From Okamejei kenojei (Eukaryota): a DNA stretch of 64,000 nucleotides. The notes under the pieces were generated by a model. That model made no database searches. It was not told the origin of the DNA and saw nothing but the letters and a program-made list of their open reading frames with translations. This document shows positions 52,610-64,000 of the stretch, piece by piece; positions within the stretch are counted from its first letter, which is position 1, and every line of letters starts with the position of its first letter. Position numbers and translations under genes: made by a program. Where the stretch lies: the NCBI GenBank assembly GCA_035221665.1, contig CM069153.1, forward strand, positions 21,948,001 to 22,012,000. Direction: 5' to 3'.

Positions 52610-53100
52610 ATCTTAGAGAAACATATGTCATTCTTTATGGATTGGACAGGGTAGATACAGGAAAAATGGTCCCAATGTTGGCGGAGTCCAGAACCGGGGG
52701 TGGGGGGGGGTCACAGTTTAAGAACAAGGGGAAGGCTATTTAAGACTGAGATGAAAACTTGAGGGTAGAGCACTAAGGCAAATTCCTTGTATGTGAATAC
52801 TTGGTTAATAAACTTATTAATTAATTCATTCATTCATGAGGAAGAATGATATCACCGAGAGAGTTGTGAATCTGTGGAATTCTCTGCCACAGAAGGCAAT
52901 GGAGGCCATTTCACTGGATGTTTTCAAGAGAGAGTTAGATTTAGCTCTCGGGGCAAACAGAATCAAGGGATTTGGGGAAAAAGCAGGAACGGAGTACTGA
53001 TTTTGGATGATCTGCCATGATCATATTGAATGGCGGTGTTGGCTCGAGGGGCCGAATGGCCTACTCATGCACCTATTTTCTATGTTTCTGTGTTTCTATT
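52610..53100 (+). mobile_element. CR1 LINE 3' fragment
   Basis: gtcccaatgttggcggagtccagaacc...gaatggcctactcatgcacctattttctatgtttctgtgtttcta. Confidence 0.8.
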
Positions 53101-53224
53101 ATTGCCACACACAAGTACAATTCCTGCACATAATGCGAAGAAACAGTCCACTGAGTCTACTTGCAATAGACGCTAGGTTTTGGTGCCATATCACAGTCCC
53201 AGCTGCAGCTGGCCATAAAAGAGG

Positions 53225-54030
53225 AAAGGTTTTTGTTGTGTGCTAACCAGTCAGCGGAAAGGCAATACATAATTACAATTGAGCCATTCAGAGTGTACAG
53301 ATACGTACATAAAGAGAATAACGTGAATAACGTTTAGTGCACGATCAAGTCCAGTAAAGTCCGATCAAAGATAATATGAGGGACCCCAATGTGGTATATA
53401 GTAGCTCAGGACTACTCTCTAATTTATGGTAGGATGGTTCTGTTGCTTGTCTCCTCCCCTTCCCGCCTCTCCCTCAGCCCTCGGGCCCTGGCATTCCCTC
53501 TCTCTCTATCTCTCTCCCCCACCCTAGTCGCACTAGCTTCTCATTTTCACACCACAAACAGCTTACAATGGCTTGTTCCCTTTATCATCGATACTTTTTT
53601 GCATATCTTTCATTCATTGTTCTTTATCTCTCCACATCACCTCATGTCTATATCTCTCGTTTCCCTGATCCCTGACCAGTCTGAAGAAGGGTCTCGACCC
53701 GAAACGTCGCCTATCTCCTTCGCTCCTTAGATGCTGCTGCACCCGCTGAGTTTCTCCAGCCTTTTGTGTACCCTCGATTCTCCAGCATCTGCAGTTCCTT
53801 CTTTAAAACTCTGTTGCCTGATAACAGCTTGGAAGAAACTGTCCCTGAATCTGGAGGTGTGCGTTTTCACACTTCTGTACCTCTTACCTTTTGGGAGAGG
53901 GGAGAAGAGGGAGTGTCCGGGGTACGACTTGTCCTTGACTATGCTGCTGGCCTTGCCGAGGCAGCGTGAAGTGTAAATGGAGTCAATGGAACGAAGGTTG
54001 GCTTGTGCGATGGTCTGGGCTGCAGCCACA
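53225..54030 (-). mobile_element. Rex1/Babar-like LINE 3' end interrupted by a solo Penelope pLTR (53447-53809)
   Basis: SIDSIYTSRCLGKASSIVKDKSYPGHSLFSPLPKGKRYRSVKTHTSRFRDSFF. The inserted pLTR is flanked by TCTGTTGC duplicates at 53439-53446 and 53810-53817. Confidence 0.8.
53681..53708 (+). ncRNA. Minimal hammerhead-like motif (Penelope pLTR)
   Basis: CTGAAGAAGGGTCTCGACCCGAAACGTC, identical to the 45245 copy. Confidence 0.65.
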
Positions 54031-56381
54031 TTGCACATTTGTATTTATTTATGATTGTGCTTACGTGTAGTCTGCAGTACCTCATTTGTCATTGACTCGC
54101 CAGAGGTTGAGGGAAGGCCTGGTTGAAGTTCAGTACACAACATTATGAGAGGCATCAAATGATCAGAACTGTTTTCCCAGGGTGGAAATGCCAAAGACTA
54201 GATAACTTTTAACAGGTATATGGATAACAGGTAACAGGTATATCCTGACTATGGTTGCTGTCTGTACGGAATTTTGTACGTACTTCCCACAACCTGTGTG
54301 TGTTTTCTCTGGGAGCTCCGGTTTCCTCCCATACTCCAGAGACGTACAGGTTCGTAGGTTAATTGGCTGCGGTAAATATTATAAATTGTCCCTAATGTGT
54401 GTACGATATAGTTAGTGTGCAGAGATCGCTGATTGGTGTGGACACGGTGGGCTGATGGGCCTGTTTCCACGCTATATCTCTAAACCAAAATTGACAAAGC
54501 GGGGCAATAGGGCCTGTTTCAATGTTGTCCAGCTCTAAGACTCCATTCACCAAATCACTTTCAATGTTGTCGTTGAGCAACTGATTCTTTTACTCTGATA
54601 ATTTTTATGTTCTCATTTGTGTACATGCTCACTGGGAGAAACTACCCACAGATAAAACTCAACAAATACTTGGGAAACATGTAGGAAAGAACTGCAGATG
54701 CTGGTTTAAATCGAAGATAGACACAAAATGCTGGAGTAACTCAGCGGGACAGGCAGCAATCCTGGAGAGAAGGAATGGGCGACGTTTCGGGTTGAGACCC
54801 ACCTTCAGACTTGGGGAAATGTAATGCTTTACCTGTTGTGGTTACGACTTCAAGTAAAAACAATGAACCGCTGAAGATTAGTATTCGGTGGTAAGTCATT
54901 TACCAAGAATTTTCACACAGGCGGCCATACAGAGAGGCGTATTTGTTTCAGTGTTGTTTTGTAAATGGGCTGCAAATTTGCAACTGGTTTGCATTTGAGG
55001 ATGAAAGACCTTTGGTGGACGTGGAGCTCACCCCCCTAGACCACATTCAAACATTCAGCAGGAAGTCAAGCTATGGATCAAATTTAAAACATTGGAGAAA
55101 TATATTTCTCTATTTCGATTGTTCAGTACGCCTTAGGATTAGTTTCCTTTAGTACTGAGCCTGCACCGTCTAGTGATCACCCCGTACACCAACACTATCC
55201 AACACACCCGGGACAAATTAACATTTACAGAAACCAATTAACCTCCAAACCTGAACATCTTTGGAGTGTGGGAGGAAATCGGAGTACCTGGAGGAGAACG
55301 TACAAACTCCGTACAGACAGTACCTGTGGTCAGGATCGAACCCAGGTCTCTGCTATTAGAAGGTAGCAACTCTACCTGTGCTGCCACTAGTTAATCTGTA
55401 ATATTGTGTATTATATGTTCTCTAGCTGAATGGCCTCCTCCTGCACCTATTTTCTATGTTTCTATTTGTGGAATCAAGGGATATGGGGAGAAGGCATGCA
55501 TGGGTTGTTGATTGGGGACGATCAGCCATGATCACAATGAATGGCGGTGCTGGCTCGAAGGGCCGAATGGCCTCCTCCTGCACCTATTTTCTATGTTTCT
55601 AAAGTTCCAATATAAAAGACACAAAGCAGGTTAAGCAGCATCTCTGGAGAACATGGTTAGGTGACATTTTGGGTCAGGACACTTCTACAAACGACATTAC
55701 TTTCTAATTCTGGACTGTGCTTCTGAGATGGAAATCTGGCTCTCATTATCCGGATTCACAGAAACACCCAAACTTTATAACTACCATTGCAGCCTCAGAA
55801 CAGCTGAGAGTGACAAGGGATTAAATCTGAGGAAAGATCCCAACCCAAAACGTTGCCCATCCATGTTCTTCAAAGGCGCTGCCCAACTCCAGTACTCTGT
55901 GTGCTTTTTTTGTAAACCAGCATCTGCAATATCTTGCATATTATGGGATGAAGCAATTGGTCAGACACCAGACCCGACCTTTAATTTTTCTCTGAAAAGC
56001 ACACTGCTAAACACATCAGACTTTACTCTGACATGCAAAGTAAGAAAATACCTAATCTGTGGCCAAGAGCTTTGCGGTGCAGCTGTGAAGGTAGATGATC
56101 AGGTAAAGGTAACACCGACAACATCAGTAGTAGCAGCAACAGCAACAACACCAGTAAAATATGTGCAGTTCTAGCAGCAATGAGGATAATTAACACATCA
56201 ACTACACAATGCAATCATCGGTAGAAACTTGAAAGCGTGCACCACCAGGCTCAGGAATAGCTTCCCCCCCTGTAATCGGGGCTTCTGAATAGTCCTTCCA
56301 TAAGCTAGGGCAAAGTCCTAGTCTGTACCTTATTGCAGACACTGGACTTTGTTTCTGAACCTGCTGCGCCACAATTCTGAA

Positions 56382-56520
56382 ATAGACACAAAATGCTGGA
56401 GTAACTCAGGCAGCATCTCTGGATTGGAGGAATTTCTTCTATCCAGAGATGCTGTCTGTGCTGCTGAGTTACTCCAGCATTTTATGTCTATCTTTGGCGT
56501 AACCCAGCATCTGCAGTTCA
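56382..56520. repeat. Very short Penelope-pLTR fold-back element
   Basis: atagacacaaaatgctggagtaactcag..cagcatctctggat / atccagagatgctg..ctgagttactccagcattttatgtctat inverted arms around a ~16-nt loop. Confidence 0.8.
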
Positions 56521-58054
56521 TTCCTATAATGCTGAGAACTACATTCTGCACTCTGTATGTTTCTCCTCACTTTATCTATTGTACTGGTGTTTGTTTTGAT
56601 TGCATTTATATATAGTATTATTTGATTTGACTGGACAGTATGCAAAACAAAGATTTTCACTGTACTGAGGCACATGTGACAATAAGAAACTTAAATCCAT
56701 CTCATAGGAGGGAACTATGACGGCAGCCAAATCGACAAAACGAAGATGGGATTGTTTTATTACTAATAACTGGTGCCTTTCTCAATTTTGAAAAAGATAT
56801 CATACTTAATTTTCAGATGCTGGTGAATTGTTACATACATCACTTGACAATATCACTCGAAGCTTATCAGTTTCTGACGATGGGTCCCAACCCAAAACAC
56901 TACCTATCCGTGTTCTTCAGAGATGCTGCCTGACTGCTGAGTTAGTCCAGCACTTTGTGTCTTTTTTTTTGTAAACCAGCATCTACAGTTCCTTGCATCC
57001 CCATCAGTTTCCATTACAGTTCAATTGCACCCAGCTCTATCTACTGTATCAAAATTGACTGAAAGTTTGTCCAACACCAAATACTCTTAGGTGACATGGG
57101 AAAGAGTTGTGCCAGAGGGCTTGTTTCTGTGCTATATTTATAACTCTCTGATTTGTTTGGATGAGCAGAAATTTCTGTAAGAGATTTTCCAATTCTCAGT
57201 TCAGTTTATTGTCACTGTGGTACCGTGAAAAGCTTTAGTATTACTGTACTCTAGAGTCGAGGAATCAAGGTGAGGTTTAAGGTGAGAGTGGATATTTTTA
57301 ACAAAAATGTGAGGGGCAACTTTTTTTTTTACATGGGTATATTAAATAAGCTGCCAGAGGAGGTAGTTGAGGCAGGTACTATAACAACATTTAAAAGACA
57401 TTTGGACATGGGCCAATGTGTCCAATAAATGTAAGGGATATGGTCCAAACATGGGTAGATGGGACTAATGTAATTTGGTCAGCATGGGCAAGTTGGACTA
57501 TAGGGCCTGTTTCCCTGCTGTATGATTATATGACTCTAAGTGAGTTTTGAAAAGCCATTATTTTCAATCCTTGTCGAACAGTTAATGAAGCACAATCTTA
57601 AAGCACATTTTACTTTGTTCCGTTGGTTAAAAATAGCCCAGAATTATTAAGCACAGAATGGAGGTTAACCTTGGAATTTTGCTCAATATTTCAGTACTTT
57701 TTTTTCAAATATCTTGGGCTAAATTAGCAAGTTTCAGGTGAAAATGTGCCATGCATCTAACCTCAAAAAATCATTCAGAAACCCTTAATCTTCAGTTGCA
57801 AATACCCGATGAAAGATTAAGATCATTATGTATAACACTATTTCTGGCAAAATATTGCCTGTGACACAGACTGCTTTTTGAATATTAAATTGAAGTTTAT
57901 TAGTTTAGTTTATTATTGTCATGTGTACTGAGGTACAGTGAAAGTTTTTTGTTGCATGTTCTCCAGTCAAAGACAATACTATACATGATTACAATCAAGT
58001 TGTCTACAATGTACAGATACAGGATTACGGGTATAACGTTTAGTGCAAGATAAA

Positions 58055-58360
58055 GTCACTGGAGTTTAGAAGGATGAGGGGGAATCTTATCGAAACATAT
58101 AAAATTATAAAAGGACTGGACAAGCTAGATGCAGGAAAAATGGTCCCAATGTTGGGCGAGTCCAGAACCAGGGGCCGCAGTCTTAGAATAAAGGGGAGGC
58201 CATTTAAGACTGAGGTGAGAAAAAACTTTTTCACCCAGAGAGTTGGGAATTTTTGTGGAATTCCCTGCCACAGAGGGCAGTGGAGGCCAAATCACTGGAT
58301 GGATTTAAGAGAGAGTTAGATAGAGCTCTAAGGGCTAGTGGAATCAAGTGATATGGGGAG
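58055..58360 (+). mobile_element. CR1 LINE 3' fragment joined to a Penelope pLTR (58361-58462)
   Basis: MRGNLIETYKIIKGLDKLDAGKM...SRTRG, followed directly by gtctgaagaagggtctcgacccgaaacgtc. Confidence 0.85.
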
Positions 58361-58733
58361 AGGGAGTCTGAAGAAGGGTCTCGACCCGAAACGTCGCCTA
58401 TCTCCTTCACTCCTTAGATGCTGCTGCACCCGCTGAGTTTCTCCAGCCTTTTGTGTACCCTCGCTATTTATTGTCATGTGCACAAGAGGTACAGTGAAAA
58501 GCTTTAATTTGCAAGCTATCCAATCAATTCAGATAAAACCAAACATGAATACAATCAAGCTGAACAATTACAAATAGTTGAAAGAAGACAGAAATACCAG
58601 AGTGTGGATATAACTTCAGACTTGTACTTAGTTTTGTTTCATGATAACTCATTATGCAGTTAACTTGTCAACTATTCAGAGAGTCAGAAAATTCCCCCAA
58701 ATCTTCCCGATAGGGGTGCATTATTATGCTTAC

Positions 58734-58834
58734 CTCCTTGGTTTTGAGCAATATCTTTTCAATCAGGATTAAGAAGCTCTGGGGATCTCTGCTTACGAGC
58801 TCTTCGAGGCTCCAGCGGTTCAGACAGAACCCAG
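58734..58834 (-). CDS. PIK3R5: PIK3R5 (p101) coding exon, human exon ~3 equivalent
   Basis: Translates (A)[33 protein letters not shown], matching recalled human p101 [34 protein letters not shown]. Acceptor ttttctttctcag, donor gtaagc, 101 nt. Confidence 0.95.
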
Positions 58835-58892
58835 CTGAGAAAGAAAAGCAACATTGGAAGAGCAATGATTACCTTCTAGAGATGATTGCTTA

Positions 58893-59173
58893 TTTTAGTT
58901 TAGAGATACAGCGCGGAACCAGGCCCTTCGGCCCACCAAGTCCGCACCAACCAGCGATCCCCGCTCATTAACACTATCCCACACTATGGACAATTTTTAC
59001 ACTTATACCTAGCCAATTAACGTACAGACCTATACATCTTTGCCCTCCAAAACCCACGCAGGTCCTGGGGAGAACGTGCAAACTCCGTACAGACAAGCAC
59101 CCGTAGCCGGGATCGAACCTGGGTCTCTGACGCTGTAAGGCCGCAACTCTACCGCTGCGCCACCGTGCCGCCC
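58893..59173 (-). mobile_element. HE1-type SINE, young, ~60 nt upstream of the exon ~3 acceptor
   Basis: gggcggcacggtggcgcagcggtagagttgcggccttacagcgtcagagacccaggttcgatcc (A and B boxes) and a gctgtatctctaaactaaa tail. Confidence 0.9.
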
Positions 59174-59788
59174 TTGTGTTACCGATTGCTGGGGTCAATT
59201 GTAATTTTTCCTACTGAGCGGAAAAATTGAAGAAATTACATTGGTCAACTAAATAAGACACAAAGTGCAGGAGTAACTCAACAGGTCGGCAGCATCTCTA
59301 GAGAACATGGCTAGGCAACACTTTGGGTCGGGACCCTTCTTCATTCTGAAACGTCCCTATCAGTGATGTGTTTTTTCCCAAGATACTGCCTGACTTGAAT
59401 CACTCCAACATTCTGTGTCTTTTCTTGGTAAACCAGCATCTGCAGTTCCTTGTGTCTACATTGGTCACCTGTTTCGTACCTTACTCGAGCCTCATTTCAG
59501 GCAGCTTCAACATTAAAAGGATTCTCAAGCTCTCGCCCACCCCATGTACAGTCAACCTGTTGCAATGATGATTACCAGATAGGAATGAGCCAAATGCCTC
59601 TTGTGCATTCACCATTTTAATGCTTCTACCATGGATTACTGTGCCTGTGTGTGTTGAAGCCCAGGTACCTGCATACTTCCCTAAATATCATTGCTTCACC
59701 AGCTCCTCAGACTACCATTAATCAAATTTTATTCAAATGTTATAAACTCTTTATGAACATACATGCCTGGTAACAGCACAGGACTTTA

Positions 59789-60115
59789 GGGCAGCCCAGT
59801 GGTGCAGCTGGGAGAGCAGCTGCTTCATAACGCCAGCGACCCGGGTTCAATCTTTCACCTCGGGTGCTGTCTGTGTGGAGTTCCCACATTCTCCCCTGTG
59901 ACCGCATCGGTTTCCTCCAGGTGCTCCAGTTTTCACTCACATTTAAGACGTGCCGGTTTACAGGTTAATTGGCCTCTGTAAGATTGCCCCCAGTGTGTAG
60001 GGAGTGGGTACAGAAGTGGGTTAGCATTGAACTAGTGTGAACGGGTGATCAATGGTTGGAGTGAATTTGGAGGGCAAAAGTGCCTATTTCCATGCTGCAT
60101 TGCTGAACTAAACTG
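59789..60115 (+). mobile_element. HE1-type SINE
   Basis: gggcagcccagtggtgcagctgg...ccgggttcaatc head, V-core and aactaaactgaa tail. Confidence 0.85.
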
Positions 60116-62197
60116 AATTAAATACAGAGTAACTCAATGGGTCAGGCAGCATCTTGAGAGAACATGGACAGTCAATGTTTCGGGTTGAGCTGGTGCTAAT
60201 CTAATATGCATGTTAATTTAGAACGTGTCCTTGAACAGAAAGTGGCCCTGAATCTGGACTTGTGCGTTTTCACAATTCCACGTCCCTCTTCCACCAGGCT
60301 AGAGGTATATAAATGTGAAAATACGCATATCCAGATTCAGGGACAATTTCTTCCCAGCTGTTATCAGGCAATAGAACCATTCTAGAGAGCAGTCCTGAGC
60401 TACTACATACCTCGTTGGAGACCCTCGGACTGTTTCTGATCGGACTTTACTGGCTATATTTTGCACTGAACATTATTTGCGTAATTCCCTTCATCATGTA
60501 TCTGTACACTCTGGACGGCTCGATTGTAATCATGTATAGTCTTTCCGCCGGCTGTTTAGCACACAACAAAGAGCTCTTCACTGTACCTCGGTAAACGTGA
60601 CAATAAACTAAACATATTGCTTTATCTTTCAGAAAATTTATGGTTGTTGAGGAAACTTACTTAAGGATTGTTTTTTGAAAAAGATTTATATTGTCACGGG
60701 CTAATAGGAAATGGTAATGACTTGATTTAGTACATTGCTAATTTTAAAGTTTTACCAAGTTGAAAAATGTATTTCAACCTAGTTCCCATTTTCCACACAG
60801 ATGTACAAACGAAAACCGTTCCGTACAGTGCTGACTAATTAATGTACCCCAGATTTCTCGTACTTACCATAAAGGCACTATTTATAGACTTTATTACCGT
60901 AGCATTTACACTGTCTCTCATTTGGAATGTATTTTTTGATGTTTTCAAGTGAAAATATATAATGTGCTGATCATTTTCCTTCACAAAGCTAAAAATAACA
61001 CAGTATCATATCTACAGGCAGAAACTATTTCCAGTGATACCCATTCTATTTTTAGAAATGCTGGTAGACAAAAGCGCTGGAGAAACTAAGCGGGTGCGGC
61101 AGCATCTATGGAGCGAAGGAAATAGGCAACGTTTCGGGCCAAAACCCTTCTTCAGACTCCAGAAATACTGGAATAACTCAATGGCTCAGGCAGCATCACT
61201 GGAGAACATGGATTGGTGACATTTCGGGTCTGGACCCTTATTCAAAATGAAGAAGGGACCCAACCTGAAAAGTCGCCTGTCCATCTGAAGAAAGGTCCTG
61301 ATGTGAAACATCATGGAAGAAAGCTGGAAGTGGGGAGGATTGGGACATATTCTGGTGGATACACATGAGCGGGGGGCAGGGGCAGGGGCAGGGGGAGGGG
61401 TTGATAGGTAGATAATTGGACAAAGATCAGATATGAAAATACAGAATGGTCTGAAGGTCCCGACCCAAAACGTCGCCTATCGACGTCCCCCAGAGATGCA
61501 GCCTGACCTGCTGAGTTACTCCAGCACTTTTTTATTTGCAAACCAACAGCTGCGTTTCCCACCTCATCTAATTAATTTGACTTGTTGAGGGTTTGGACAG
61601 GGAATAAAATAAGTGGTTGAATTTTTACAACAGCACTCTTTAATCCAAACCACTATGTGTAGATAATCAAACGTGCATTTGCAAAGTGTTTTCAACAACA
61701 TTGAAGAACACAAAATTGTTTTACAATCAAAGACCAGATGATTGTAACTGTCGTCATAACATTCCCTGTTGCAGTGTCGAGATACACTCCAGCTATTCTG
61801 AGCAAAAGCAACACCCTGCAAACAATGGTGAAATATTGATCAGATAATGACATGGGGGGGAATTGTCAGCCCAGCCACAAAGAGAATGTGGAGACACAAG
61901 GAACTGCAGACGCTGAAACACTGAGCAAAATACAAAGTGCTGGAGAAACTCAACAGGTCAGGCAGCAACTGTGGAGGGAATGGACAGGCGATATGTTGGG
62001 TCGGACCACCGCTTCGGACTGATTCATGATTGTTGGTTTTGTTGAGCAATCCTTGTCCCAAACTTATTCCATTTCACCGTTCTCCAGCTCCGAATTCTCC
62101 AAATTCCCCAGATGCAAATTTACTGCCAAGCGGTCCAAACCTTGGCACCTCAATGTTCCCTCATTATGTAGGAAGGAACTGCAATGCCGTTTTACAC

Positions 62198-63370
62198 CAT
62201 TTGATAAGGTCCCACATAGGAGATTAGTGGGCTAAATTAGGGCACATGGTATTGGGGGTAGAGTGCTGACATGGATAGAGAAGTGGTTGGCTGACAGGAA
62301 ACAAAGAGTAGGGATTAACAGGTCCCTTTCAGAATGGCAGGCAGTGACTAGTGGGGTACCGCAAGGCTCGGTGCTGGGACCGCAGCTATTTACAATATAC
62401 ATCAATGATTTGGATGTAGGGATTCAAAGTAACATTAGCATAAATGCAGATGACACAAAGCTGGGTGGCAGTTTGAACTGTGAGGAGGATGCTATGAGAA
62501 TGCAGGGTGACTTGGACAGGTTGGGGGAGTGGGCAGATGCATGGCAGATTAAGTTTAATGTGGATTAATGTGAGGTTATGCACTTTAGTAACAAAAACAG
62601 GAAGGCGGATTACTATCTAAATGGCGTCAAGTTGGGAAAAGGGGAAGTACAACGGGATCTGGGGGATCCTTGTACATCAGTCTATGAAAGAAAGCATTCC
62701 GGTACAGCAGGCAGTGAAGAAAACGAATGGCATGTTGGCCTTTATAACAAGAGGAATCGAATATAGGAGCAAAGAGGTCCTTCTGCAGTTGTACAGAGCC
62801 CTAGTGAGACCACACCTGGAGTATTGTGTGCAGTTTTGGTCCCCTAATTTGAGGAAGGACATTCTTGCTATTGAGGGAGTGCAGCGTAGGTTTACAAGGT
62901 TAATTCCCGGGATGGCGGGACTGTCATATGCTGAGAGAATGGACCAGCTGGGCCTGTACACTCAGGATTTTAGAAAGATGAGAGGATATCTCATTGAAAC
63001 ATATAAGATTGTTAAGGGTTTGGACACACTAGAGGCAGGAAACATGTTCCCGATGTTGGGGGAGTCCAGAACCAGGGGCCACAGTTTAAGAATAAGGAGT
63101 AAGCCATTTAGAACGGAGACGAGGAAACACTTTTTCTCACAGAGAGTGGTGAGTCTGTGGAATTCTCTGCCTCAGAGGACGGTGGAGGCAGGTTCACTGG
63201 ATGCTTTGAAGAGAGAGCTAGATAGAGCTTTTAAAAATAGCAGAGTCAGGGGATATGGGGAGAAGACAGGAACGGGGTACTGATTGGGGATGATCAGCCA
63301 TGATCACATTGAATGGCGGTGTGGCTTGAAGGGCCGAATGGCCTACTCCTGCACCTACTGTCTATTGTCA
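62198..63370 (+). mobile_element. CR1 LINE, 5'-truncated
   Basis: FDKVPHRRL, SGVPQGSVLGPQLFTIYINDLD, ADDTKLGG and RPHLEYCVQFWSP motifs. Tail cctactgtctattgtc. Confidence 0.95.
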
Positions 63371-64000
63371 AAGTTAGCCACAAAATGCTGGAGTAACTTA
63401 GCGGGTCAGGCTGCTTCTCTGGAGAAAAGGAATACGTGACGTTTCGGGTCGAGACCGCTGTTTATTTTCTCCCTCATTACCGTGGAATGGAACATGAACA
63501 CACAACGTTCTTACTCAAAAGATGAGTAGACCACCACTGAGACAGTGCAAACTAAACAATCCAAGTGCTAATCTAATAACAAGAAAGTATATGAACTTTA
63601 CAAATGACTTGACTAATTTTGAAAAGGAAATGTCTTTTTTACATGATCAGTTGTGGCTTTAGATCAGAGATAGACACAAAATGCTGAAGTAACTCAGTGG
63701 GTCAGGCAGAATCTCCGGAGAACCTGGATAGGTGATATGTCGGGTCAGGACCCTTCTTCAGTCTGATTGTAGCAAGGGGCAAGGGAGGTGTTGCGAAGAA
63801 AGCTAAAAGAGGTTCCCCCTCCGTCCTGACTCAAAACGTCACCTATCCATTATCTCCGGAGATGCTGGCTGATTTACTCCAGCACTTACGATTGTGAAGA
63901 CCGCCAGCAGGATTATTGGTGCTCCACTCCCTTTATTGCTGGACATTTACAGGAAGAGATGTATTAGCAGAGCCATCTCCATCATCAAAGACCCATACCA

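Noticed and set aside
59100-59173. tRNA-like sequence with A and B boxes (many copies)
   Set aside because: These are HE1 SINE heads attached to a V-domain and CR1-like tail, not tRNA genes.
1-64000. CRISPR array or prokaryotic defence or retron-like system
   Set aside because: No regularly spaced repeat-spacer array or operon-like ORF clusters. All RT and endonuclease motifs belong to eukaryotic retroelements.

Overview
Eukaryotic, repeat-rich intronic DNA from a cartilaginous fish, probably a skate or ray. The taxon is inferred from HE1-type tRNA/V-SINEs, CR1 LINEs and Neptune-type Penelope elements. The window carries 13 coding exons of PIK3R5 (p101, regulatory subunit of PI3K-gamma) on the minus strand between ~58.8 kb and ~12 kb, equivalent to human exons ~3-15. 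The first coding exon and the last ~4 exons were not found. Exons above 36 kb are clean and in phase. Exons below 31 kb accumulate indels and one poly-G burst, which looks like unpolished long-read error near contig ends (N gaps at 9159-9658 and 20121-20301) rather than pseudogenisation. Bases ~2245-4050 are a noisy second copy of ~62275-64000, suggesting a haplotype duplicate or a mis-ordered contig. The introns are a mosaic of CR1, Rex1/Babar-like, Penelope-like, HE1 SINE, Harbinger- and hAT-type MITE and Helitron-like sequences. The most interesting signals are the many Penelope-derived short repeats carrying a minimal hammerhead-ribozyme core, often as inverted fold-back pairs, and a young TSD-flanked inverted Penelope composite. 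No clearly novel gene system can be demonstrated from the sequence alone.
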